A DNA stretch of 64,000 nucleotides from Candidatus Xenobia bacterium (GTDB lineage Bacteria; Vulcanimicrobiota; Xenobia; Xenobiales; QWHO01): assembly GCA_045863235.1 (NCBI GenBank), contig BTUM01000007.1, forward strand, positions 1 through 64,000, in the 5' to 3' direction. The notes below the pieces were generated by a model. That model searched no databases, was not told the DNA's origin, and saw nothing but the letters and a program-made list of their open reading frames with translations. Shown here piece after piece: positions 20,798-29,386 of the stretch (position 1 is its first letter; each line of letters starts with the position of its first letter). Position numbers and translations under genes: made by a program.

Positions 20798-23488
20798 CTA
20801 CCTCCCTTGCTCCAATCGAAACAACCGCTCGGCGCTGGCGCGCACGAAACGACAACCTCGGATGCGCCGCTCTTCTTGCTCGAGCTCGCGGGCGATCTGC
20901 CAGAGACGTTCCTCGCGCTGGTTGTGCAGATCGAGCAACTCGCGCGAGAGCTTGCGGCTGGCCTGAGCGGCCGCGCGCGCAACCTCGGTGCTGGTGGCGT
21001 TGCGGCGCCTCTTCTCGGCCTCGGTGAGGGCTTTCTGAAGCTCTCGTTCTTTGGCGTCGAGAAACATTCGCGCGTCCTGACGCCGACCCGAGAGCGCCGC
21101 CAGGAGCCGCTCGATGCGCCCCTCTTGCTCTTTCTCGACCGCTTGCTCGAGCTCGCGCAGGGCGGCGGCAAGCTCGGGGTGCTGCTCGGCAACCTCTTCC
21201 ACCCGCTCCAACTGGCCGCTCGCCAGGGCCTCCTCCAGCCCTGGCCCTCCCAGCACCAGCAGGCGCTCCTCTTCCTCCAGCCCGCTCAGGGTCACCTTGT
21301 AGACCTCCCACAGGGCCTGGTCACCCTCGGAGCGATAGCAGCCGCGCGCGAGGCGGGCCTCCCGGATGATCTGGCGCACCGCCGAGTGGCCCACGTGGAG
21401 CGGCTCGCCGAATTCGTCCGAGGGTTGAGGCGGCCCCAGGTGGTAGGCCACCCCGCGCCACTCGAGCAGCACCCGGTCGCCTCGCACCCCTTTGCGCAGC
21501 ACCGGCGACTCGGCCTCGAGCAGGGCCAGAAGTTCTTCATCGCGGCGGCTCAAGGCCTGGGGCAACTCCTCGGAGCAGCGGGCAAAGCGCGCGCGTACCT
21601 CCTCGTCGAGCCGTCCCCCCCGGCCGGCCAGGTGGGAGGAGCGCCGGTTTCTCTCGACGGCGTCGATCTCGAGCTCGAGGCGGTCGAAGGCCTCGCGGAT
21701 CGACTCGGGCGTACGGCAACTCGAGAAGATGTTGGCGATGCGGGTCTCCAGGTCGAGCGTGGAGACCACCGCGCCCAGAATGGCGTCGGAGGAGCCGAGC
21801 AAGCCCTCAAAGAGCTGGAGTTTCTCGTTGAGCAGGTGGTAGACGCGCTGCTCGCCCTCGTTGTCGAGGTTGATGAAGTTGACGATGATCACGTCGTGGC
21901 GCTGGCCGTAGCGGTGCACGCGGCCGATGCGCTGCTCGATGCGCTGGGGGTTCCAGGGCAGGTCGAAATTGATCAAGCAGTTGCAGAACTGCAGGTTCAA
22001 CCCCTTGGCCCCGGCCTCGGTGGCGATCAACACCCGGGTGCGCGTCTTGAACTCGTGCACCAGGGCCGCTCGCACCGCCGACGTGCGCTCGGGCCGCTCG
22101 CGCTCGTCGAGGTGGGCGGCCACCTCTTGCTCCCAGCGGCGCAGCGCCTCCTCGGCCCGGGGGCCCTCGTTGGTGCCCGAGAAGGCGGTCACCTGGTCGC
22201 CGATCCCCTTCTCGGTCAGGAAGGCCACCAGCCCCTGCAGGGTCTGGCGGCTCTCGGTAAAGATCACCACCTTGTCGTTGACCACCCCGGTCAGCGAGTG
22301 GTGGGCGATCTTCTCGAGCAGCTCCCACAGCACCGTGAACTTGTTGGTGCCCTGAGCCAGGAGCTGGCGGGCCCTGGCCTCCATGCGCGTCAGCTCGAGG
22401 CTGTCCTCCTCCACCTTCTCCCATTCGCCCTGCGAGGAGGTGCGGGCGAACTCTTTCATGCGGGTGAGGTTGCTGGCCAGGGCGTGGAGCGAGCTGGCCA
22501 TGCGCCGGGTGACCTGCAGCATCACCAGGCGCCGCGACTGGGGCTTATAGACCGACTGCTTTTGCAGCCAGCGGCTGACTTCTTCGTAGAGCTCGCGCTC
22601 GGCGGCCTGCAGGTTGAAGTTGACCGTCTCGCAGTGGCGTTTGGTGAAGGGGAGCTTCATGTGCTCGGCGGCCTGGCGGCGCAGCGTGCGTTGGACCACG
22701 AAACCAAGCCGGTCGCGCAGCTCGCCCTCGGCGTTGGGCCGGAGTGAGCGTCCGCCGGGACCGGCGTAGAGCTGGCAGAACTCGTTGAGGTGCCCGAGCA
22801 CCAGGTGGCGCGGATCGACGAAGTGGACCAGCGACCAGAGCTCGTAGAGCGAGTTCTGCAGCGGTGTGGCCGTCAGCAGAAGAGCCGGGGCCTGGGCCTG
22901 AATGTGCATCAACCAGGCAGCCCGGCGGGCAACGCCCTTCCTCGGGTCCTCTTTGGGCCTGATGTCGCGCTTACCGAAGCGCTTGTGAGCGCCGCTGAGC
23001 ATCTCGTGGGCCTCGTCCACCACCAGCAGGTCCCAGGGGCCGCGCCGGGCCAGCTCTTCGGCGTAGCGAGGCGAGGTGGCGAACTCGCGCCCCGCGATGT
23101 AGATGCCTCTTTTGGTGTGCTTGTCCAGGTTGGTCATGCTCAAGATGGTGGTCTTGAGGCTGAATAGATCGCGCATCTCCACCTGCCACTGGCGCGCCAG
23201 CGGCAAGGGCACGATGATGAGCACGTGTCCCCGCCCTTCGGTCTTGAGCTGGGTCAGCACCAGCCCGGCTTCGATGGTCTTGCCCAGCCCTACCTCGTCG
23301 CAGAGCAGGGCGCCCCCCTCGCTCAGCCGCTCGAGCGCGAAGATGACCGCCTCCACCTGGTGAGGATTGGGATCGATGGATGAGCGCCGGAACACCTCGA
23401 CGTACCGCTCGAAGTCGTCGGTGCGGCGGCGGCGCAACAGCTCTTCGGCCAACATCAGCTGGCGCAGTCGGATGGCTGGAGATGGCAT
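20798..23488 (-). CDS. SNF2/RapA-like helicase with C-terminal coiled coil
   Basis: DPNPHQVEA, LCDEVGLGKTIEAG, DEAH, LTATPLQNS, TEAGAKGLNLQ, DLPWNPQRIEQRIGRVHRYGQ; start placed at ATG 23488. Confidence 0.9.
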   Translation of the reverse strand: MPSPAIRLRQLMLAEELLRRRRTDDFERYVEVFRRSSIDPNPHQVEAVIFALERLSEGGALLCDEVGLGKTIEAGLVLTQLKTEGRGHVLIIVPLPLARQWQVEMRDLFSLKTTILSMTNLDKHTKRGIYIAGREFATSPRYAEELARRGPWDLLVVDEAHEMLSGAHKRFGKRDIRPKEDPRKGVARRAAWLMHIQAQAPALLLTATPLQNSLYELWSLVHFVDPRHLVLGHLNEFCQLYAGPGGRSLRPNAEGELRDRLGFVVQRTLRRQAAEHMKLPFTKRHCETVNFNLQAAERELYEEVSRWLQKQSVYKPQSRRLVMLQVTRRMASSLHALASNLTRMKEFARTSSQGEWEKVEEDSLELTRMEARARQLLAQGTNKFTVLWELLEKIAHHSLTGVVNDKVVIFTESRQTLQGLVAFLTEKGIGDQVTAFSGTNEGPRAEEALRRWEQEVAAHLDERERPERTSAVRAALVHEFKTRTRVLIATEAGAKGLNLQFCNCLINFDLPWNPQRIEQRIGRVHRYGQRHDVIIVNFINLDNEGEQRVYHLLNEKLQLFEGLLGSSDAILGAVVSTLDLETRIANIFSSCRTPESIREAFDRLELEIDAVERNRRSSHLAGRGGRLDEEVRARFARCSEELPQALSRRDEELLALLEAESPVLRKGVRGDRVLLEWRGVAYHLGPPQPSDEFGEPLHVGHSAVRQIIREARLARGCYRSEGDQALWEVYKVTLSGLEEEERLLVLGGPGLEEALASGQLERVEEVAEQHPELAAALRELEQAVEKEQEGRIERLLAALSGRRQDARMFLDAKERELQKALTEAEKRRRNATSTEVARAAAQASRKLSRELLDLHNQREERLWQIARELEQEERRIRGCRFVRASAERLFRLEQGR

Positions 23489-23902
23489 CGCGTTCGAGGG
23501 TGAGCGGAGAAAAGGCGCGACTACGCTCCGCGCGGCGTTCGGTGGGGAAACGGGAGAGTCCTGGCAGAGCGAGTTGGTCGGCACGGGACGAGTGTATCCG
23601 GTGCGGGTGACATGTAGCGTCGTCACCGGGGAAGGCGCAGCTGGACCTGAGGCGCGGCAGGGCAACAAGCAGACCCCTGGTGGACACGGAGCATCGGGTC
23701 ACCGCGGGCGCATCCCACTGAGCAGTTGGACCGACCAGGTCTCTGAGAATCAATCGTGCCAGGGAGTCACGGGGCCCTGATGCCCGTCGTCCTCCCCGAC
23801 TCTATAGTGAAGCGCTGAAGACTTGCGCGAACTGGCGCTGGTAGATCTGCCTGGAGGCGCCCCCGAAGGCCTTCGGCACTTGACGCTCAGCACACTAAGA
23901 CT

Positions 23903-24283
23903 CTACGCCTTTAGCCTGCGGCGAGAGGTGCCAGACTTTCCGGTCCGGTACTGTGATAGCTTCTGCGCGAACTGAGCCGTACACAGGCCGACTCGGGAAA
24001 GCGCCGACTCCAGTCGAGCTTCAAACCTCAGGTCACCGGGAAACGTTCTCTTCAAGACGCTGCTTGCTGTGATGACCTGTCCGTCCTGCTGGTCAAATTC
24101 CGACCCCTCATACCAGACCCCTCTGGACAGAGAGTCCAACGCCTCCTCCAGATTGGGTGGAGGTGTCACGACCTCTCCGGCCGAGTTCAGTTCGATGACT
24201 CCGGCTGGCGAGAGGTCACTTTTCCAGAAGAGCTCAATCTGCACGTATCCGCCTGAAGAGAGCAGCCAGGTTGGGCCGGTCAC
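23903..24283 (-). CDS. hypothetical protein (lower GC, island-like)
   Basis: 126-aa ORF with an upstream GAGGAAG; no recognisable motif. Confidence 0.4.
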   Translation of the reverse strand: MTGPTWLLSSGGYVQIELFWKSDLSPAGVIELNSAGEVVTPPPNLEEALDSLSRGVWYEGSEFDQQDGQVITASSVLKRTFPGDLRFEARLESALSRVGLCTAQFAQKLSQYRTGKSGTSRRRLKA

Positions 24284-24458
24284 AGAAATCTTCCTCTGAA
24301 GCAGTGTAGTCCGAGAACTGCTCCGCGAAGAGCTCTACCCGCTCCAGATAGCTAAGTTTCTCTGGCGCCAACCCATCACCCTTCAACGCGAGGGACGCCC
24401 TCCGAGCCGGTGATCCCCAGGTCTGGTAACCCTGGGAACGGTCGCGCCCTCGTCGTGC

Positions 24459-24833
24459 TTACTGTGATCGCTTTGCTCTGGCAGTCAGCTTGCCGGCGTA
24501 ACGAAGCTGCCGCCAGGTAGAGCAGTAGGACCGCCAGGCGCATTCTGAGTGGCTGACCTTCCGCCGGAACTCGGACCTCCAACTCGGGTTGTCAGGAAAG
24601 CGATGCGGCCCGAAAGGCCCGTCATCTCCGTAGTCAATCTCGAACTTCCCGATCAGCCAGAGGTTCGACCGGTGTTCTCGGAGGGTCCTCCCGGAGCTGC
24701 CGCTCTCCTTCAGATGAGCAAGAAGGTCGAGGAAGAACGCCCCTATCTCGCGCGCCAGGGCGTGCGACTTCTCGTCGTGATACCAGTCTCGAATGAAGGC
24801 CTCGAGCTCGTGCGCCAGGTCGCGGCAGGTCAC
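24459..24833 (-). CDS. hypothetical protein coupled to the CcbP-like gene
   Basis: GTGA overlap with 24830-25141; plausible helical sequence. Confidence 0.55.
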   Translation of the reverse strand: MTCRDLAHELEAFIRDWYHDEKSHALAREIGAFFLDLLAHLKESGSSGRTLREHRSNLWLIGKFEIDYGDDGPFGPHRFPDNPSWRSEFRRKVSHSECAWRSYCSTWRQLRYAGKLTARAKRSQ

Positions 24834-25141
24834 TGGCCCAGCCAGGAGCGGTAGGCCGCGTGATACGGCGCTGCCGGCGAAGTCGCTGGAAAGGACAGAT
24901 CGGCCACGGAGACGTTATGGACGCTTCCGTCGCCTGAGCGACAGGAGGCGGTCAGCCCGCGCAGAGGGTTTCCGTCGTAGTCGAACTCCAGCACCTCGAC
25001 TCGCTGGCCGATGATGCTCGCCTCGGCCGGAACGGGCACTTCTTCCGAGAAGGCATTGAGAAATGCGCAAAGCTGCTCATCCTCTCCGTAGCAGTCCACC
25101 AGGATCTCTCCGAGGAGGTCCTCGATTGTCTCTGTGCTCAT
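24830..25141 (-). CDS. CcbP-like (annotated calcium-binding) family small protein
   Basis: EILVDCYGEDEQLCAF...YRSWLG pattern; AAAGGAG RBS. Confidence 0.6.
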   Translation of the reverse strand: MSTETIEDLLGEILVDCYGEDEQLCAFLNAFSEEVPVPAEASIIGQRVEVLEFDYDGNPLRGLTASCRSGDGSVHNVSVADLSFPATSPAAPYHAAYRSWLGQ

Positions 25142-25489
25142 GGCGGCTCCTTTCTGATGCCCTGGTTCTCGTCCGCCGGAGCCCGGCTGACTGGCTGCGT
25201 CGGTCGCCCGTGAGTGGTCGTGCGGCAGGCAGGGGTTGAATTCCTTTCGAGCACATGTGCTCTTCGTCAGTGCGATTGCCGACTATGGCTGAGACGACTC
25301 GAGCAGTCGCCGCAGTCTCGGGCGCGGAAGTAGTCTGCTCGCGCGCGTCAATAGCCCCGCGCGAGGTGTCTACGCTGGCTCGGAGGCGGAATTCGTCTGC
25401 TTCGTGCGCGACACTCGCCTGAGAAAGCAGAGCGCGGGAGCCCGGTCGCGGCAAAGGCCAAGCCGGGGCTCAAGTCGAAGTTGCACAAG

Positions 25490-25816
25490 ATGGCCGCTGT
25501 CATTGAGGGGTTCGATCGGATTACCTTCGACCCGGGCATCATGGCCGGACAGGCATGCGTGCGGGGCATGCGAATTCCGGTTTCTGTGATCTTGAGCCTG
25601 GTCGCAAACGGGATGTCCCCCGCCGAGATCATGGAGGATTATCCCGACCTTGAGCCTGCAGATATCAAGCAAGCCCTCGAGTACGCGGCCTGGCTGAGCC
25701 GGGAGAGCATTTTTCCTAGATCTCGACCGTCACCATGCCTTCGGGAAGCTTTGCCCCCTGGCGCAGGACGGCCACCCGCATCTCGACCTTCTGCTCCTGG
25801 TTGCGCACGGCCTTGA
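25490..25816 (+). CDS. DUF433 antitoxin-like protein with no adjacent toxin; runs into the convergent gene
   Basis: DRITFDPGIMAGQACVRGMRIPVSVIL...EIMEDYPDLEPADIKQALEYAA. Confidence 0.8.
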   Translation: MAAVIEGFDRITFDPGIMAGQACVRGMRIPVSVILSLVANGMSPAEIMEDYPDLEPADIKQALEYAAWLSRESIFPRSRPSPCLREALPPGAGRPPASRPSAPGCARP

Positions 25817-26123
25817 TCAGCATCACCTCATAGCGATCCGAGCGGTAGAGGAATCCGCTTCCATAGGGCTTTCGAGTCCAGCCATTCTTCTCGACCAGCT
25901 CTCGATCGAGGGTCGCCGCCCATTCGTCGAGACCCACGCCCAGCTCGAAAGCCATCTTGTCCCAGGCGCAGTCTCCCCGGACGACGCGCACCGGCGTGGC
26001 GACCATGGTCTTGTGCTCGGGCAGGGGGATGTCGCTTTCGATCTCGTAGCGCTTCTTGCCCATCTCGGACAGGCCACATCCGAGGCAGGCGAGCAGGGCC
26101 AGGCACACCAGCAAACTGCGCAC
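25716..26123 (-). CDS. putative lipoprotein
   Basis: MRSLLVCLALLACLGC lipobox-like signal. Confidence 0.65.
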   Translation of the reverse strand: MRSLLVCLALLACLGCGLSEMGKKRYEIESDIPLPEHKTMVATPVRVVRGDCAWDKMAFELGVGLDEWAATLDRELVEKNGWTRKPYGSGFLYRSDRYEVMLIKAVRNQEQKVEMRVAVLRQGAKLPEGMVTVEI

Positions 26124-26169
26124 GAGCGCGTGTTTCTCGGTCGGTGGACTCGTTCCCCGCTCGACGGAG

Positions 26170-28086
26170 TCAGACCGGCGTGAGCAAGACCCGCTCTTCC
26201 TCCGAGGCCAGCTGAGCGCGCAAAAGCTCGAGCTGGGCCTGCAGGGCCGCCTGGCTCATCCCCGGCACGCCCACCCCGGGCCGCAGCTCGCCGGTGCGAA
26301 AGTCGACCAGGTTGAGCCTCTCGTTGGGGTCGGCCACCAGGTTGTACATCTCGAACTGGTTGGGCAGCGTCCCCGTGTCGTCGATGTAGCGGCAGTACTT
26401 CCACTCGCCGGTGCACAGCATGTGAACCGTGTTGGGCTCCACGCAGGCCCCCGGGAAGAGGGGCGCCCCGCCCGCGATGAAGCTGCCCACCCGAGCGATG
26501 AACACGTCGAAGTTGTCCTGGTTGACCGGGTCGGGCACGTCGGCGAGCCGGGTGGCGTCGTCGGAGGTGGTGAAAATCACGCCCGGGCGCGGCGGGGCGG
26601 TGTTGGTCTCGAGCAGCGGGGCCAGGTTGACGCCCACGAAGTCGCGCACCTGGCTCTGGCCCGTGATGCGGGTCTTGAGCACGGCCACGTCCTCTTCGTT
26701 GAACCCGGCCAGACCCAGCAGGGTGGGAGCGAGATCGATGCTGCTGGTGGGGTGGAAGAACTCGGTGATGCGGTCGGTGGGGTTGATGAGGGGGCTGGAG
26801 ATGACCATGGGCACCTTCAGCGCCTCCTCGTAGGCGGTGAAGAACTTCTGCAGCATCAGGTTGTGAGCCATGGTGTTGGCACCGTGGTCGGAGGTAAAGA
26901 TGATGATGGTGTTCTCGGCCAGCCCGGCCGCGTCGAAGGCCTCCAGAGCCCGGGCGATCTGCAGGTTGGTCAGGTACTGGATGTACATGTAGAACTGCCC
27001 GTGGGCCAGGGCCCAGTTCTCCTGCAGGGGCGAGGGGAGGGCCTGCATGGGGTAGGGGAGGACGTTGTCCTGGAGGGCAAGCGGGAAGGCGGCCGCCAGG
27101 GCCATGGGCATCTTCCAGGCCGAGTCGAGGTGGCAGTGGGGCTTGGCGCTCAGGTCCTCGTTCCAGGTGGGGGGCAGGTTGAATGTCAGCTGAGGGAAGC
27201 CGTCCGGGTTGAGCTCGACGGTGACGCCGTCGGCGCTGGTGTTGCTTACAGAGCCCTGGGGCGGGATGGGCTGGGGGAAATTCTGGCCGGTCAGGGGATC
27301 GGTGACCCCGCCGGCGGCCTCTGGGAGAAAGAAGGGGGCGGGCCAGGCGCCGATGTCGTGCGGGTTGGTGAAGGAGGCCACGGCGAACCACGGGTCCTCG
27401 TTGCCCTGCTGGGAGGTGAAGAAGTCGCTGATGATGTTGGCGAAGCCCACGTCGCGGTAGGCGCCCAGGTTGGGGATGGAGCTGTCCGGGTCGGGCCCGG
27501 AGGTCTCATAGCTGGCAAAGCCCCACGGCTCGAGGTCGAAGGGCGGCTCGGAGGTATTGGAGACGTGCCACTTGCCGAAGTAGTGGGTGGCGTAGCCGGC
27601 GGCCCGGAACCAGTCGCCCAGAGTGGGCACGCCGTCGGGGTCGAGGAACTTGATCTCGTCGGGCACTTTGAAGGTGCCGTTCACCTGGGTGACGCCGTGC
27701 AGCGAGGGATACTGGCCGGTGAGGAAGGTGGTGCGGCTGGGAGCGCAGGCGGCCGAGGCGGTGTAGTGGCGCCGCAGCACCATGCTGTTCTGGCGCAAGC
27801 GCATGAAGGCCGGGAAGAAGCGCTCGAAAGGATTGCCCGGAGTCAGGTCGGGCCGGAAGCCCAGGATCTCCTTGAGGGCCGGCAGCTCGCCCTCGTTGGG
27901 GCCGTAGCCGTCGGGGGGAGTGCGCATCTCGTCCACGAGCAGGAGCAGGATGTTGGGTCGCTTGCGGGTGGGGTCGAGGGGGAGGGGGTTGCCGAGCGGG
28001 CTGGATTCGTTGCCGCAGCCGGCGCCGAGCATGGCGCCGGCCACCACGCCGGTGGCAGCTTTGATGAACTCGCGTCTGGTAGCCAT
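26170..28086 (-). CDS. Tat-exported formylglycine-dependent sulfatase (probable lipoprotein)
   Basis: TRREFIK twin-arginine signal, GAGC lipobox, PNILLLLVDE, CAPSR, GKWH, TSDHG. Confidence 0.88.
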   Translation of the reverse strand: MATRREFIKAATGVVAGAMLGAGCGNESSPLGNPLPLDPTRKRPNILLLLVDEMRTPPDGYGPNEGELPALKEILGFRPDLTPGNPFERFFPAFMRLRQNSMVLRRHYTASAACAPSRTTFLTGQYPSLHGVTQVNGTFKVPDEIKFLDPDGVPTLGDWFRAAGYATHYFGKWHVSNTSEPPFDLEPWGFASYETSGPDPDSSIPNLGAYRDVGFANIISDFFTSQQGNEDPWFAVASFTNPHDIGAWPAPFFLPEAAGGVTDPLTGQNFPQPIPPQGSVSNTSADGVTVELNPDGFPQLTFNLPPTWNEDLSAKPHCHLDSAWKMPMALAAAFPLALQDNVLPYPMQALPSPLQENWALAHGQFYMYIQYLTNLQIARALEAFDAAGLAENTIIIFTSDHGANTMAHNLMLQKFFTAYEEALKVPMVISSPLINPTDRITEFFHPTSSIDLAPTLLGLAGFNEEDVAVLKTRITGQSQVRDFVGVNLAPLLETNTAPPRPGVIFTTSDDATRLADVPDPVNQDNFDVFIARVGSFIAGGAPLFPGACVEPNTVHMLCTGEWKYCRYIDDTGTLPNQFEMYNLVADPNERLNLVDFRTGELRPGVGVPGMSQAALQAQLELLRAQLASEEERVLLTPV

Positions 28087-28159
28087 CTCGGGCGGTTCAC
28101 CCAGCAGCAGACGATTCCTGTTGCGGAGGCTTTCTCGGGACAAAGTGAAAGAGACTGCT

Positions 28160-29218
28160 ATGCGACGCCTGGCTCTCCTGGTGATGGCGGTCAGTTTGCT
28201 GGCGGCATCCCCCGCTCGCTTGCAGAAGGTGCTCGACCGCGCCGTGCAGCGCGGCATTCCCGGGCTGCAGGCCTGCGTCACGGGCCGGGGGATCGATTGG
28301 GTCGGGGTGGCCGGAGTGGCCGACAAGAAGGGGATCCCGGTCACGCCCACCACCCGCTTTCGCATCGCCTCGTCCTCCAAGACCATGGTTGCCGCCACCG
28401 CCCTCATCCTGGTGGGGGAGGGAAAGCTCGGATTGGACGATCCCGTGGCGCGCTACCTCACGCCCGAGGTCGCTTCGCACTTTCCCCGGGGCATCACCGT
28501 GCGCATGCTGATGAACCACACCAGCGGCCTGGAGGATTACCTGGGCCAGGAGATCGACTTTGACGAGGCGGCCCGCAAGAATCCCCGGCGCGAGTGGACG
28601 CATTTCGAGACGCTGCGCTACGGTTACGACCTCGAGCCCGTAGGCAAGCCTGGCCAGAAGCACTATTACTCCAACACCAATTACATCTTGCTGGGGGTGG
28701 TGCTGGAGAAAGTGACCGGCGAGCCCATTGGGACCACCATGCAAAAGCGCCTCTTCACTCCGCTGGGAATGCGCCACACCTACTGCGGCCTCTACGCCCG
28801 GGCCCCGGCCGAGACCGCTCGCGGCTATGCCGAGGAGGGCGATGTCTCCTACTACAACCCGGGGGACGGACTGGCTGACGGCGGGGTGCTCTCCACCGCT
28901 CCCGATATGGCCATCTTCCTGCGCGCTCTGTTGGAGAAGAAACTGCTCAAGCCGGCCCAGCAGAAGGCTTTGATGACCTTCGTGGCCACGGACGAGCGCG
29001 ACTGCACCTACGGGTTGGGCCTGGCGCGCTATGACACCGAGCAGGGCGTCTGCTACGGGCACGACGGCAGCATCGACGGGTATCGCTCAGCCATGTACTA
29101 CTTCGAGGACAGCGCCCTGGTGACCGTTGCGCTGGGCAATACGACCATGCGCGACGAGGTCTTCGACAGTCTGACCGAGAGTCTGGAGGCGGCGGCAGGC
29201 AAGCCTGAGCGGGATTGA
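28160..29218 (+). CDS. secreted serine hydrolase (beta-lactamase / D-Ala-D-Ala carboxypeptidase family)
   Basis: Signal peptide, FRIASSSK (SxxK), LMNHTSG, YSNTNY, GHDG. Confidence 0.88.
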   Translation: MRRLALLVMAVSLLAASPARLQKVLDRAVQRGIPGLQACVTGRGIDWVGVAGVADKKGIPVTPTTRFRIASSSKTMVAATALILVGEGKLGLDDPVARYLTPEVASHFPRGITVRMLMNHTSGLEDYLGQEIDFDEAARKNPRREWTHFETLRYGYDLEPVGKPGQKHYYSNTNYILLGVVLEKVTGEPIGTTMQKRLFTPLGMRHTYCGLYARAPAETARGYAEEGDVSYYNPGDGLADGGVLSTAPDMAIFLRALLEKKLLKPAQQKALMTFVATDERDCTYGLGLARYDTEQGVCYGHDGSIDGYRSAMYYFEDSALVTVALGNTTMRDEVFDSLTESLEAAAGKPERD

Positions 29219-29386
29219 CCCTGACCGGCCCCGCAGCTAATTGTGCTCGCACTTTGGTTTTGCACATTAGCACAATCTGACGAACGCGCCGGAACTGCGT
29301 TCCTGCGCGTTGTAAAGTGCAAGACCAGAGGCCTTGCACTTTAGCGACGGCAGGCCCAACCTGGCACGCGGACGAATTCTCTCGGG

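Noticed and set aside
29267..29343. CIRCE (HrcA) operator
   Set aside because: Only one TTAGCAC half-site; the N9 inverted repeat has the opposite arm order to TTAGCACTC-N9-GAGTGCTAA.
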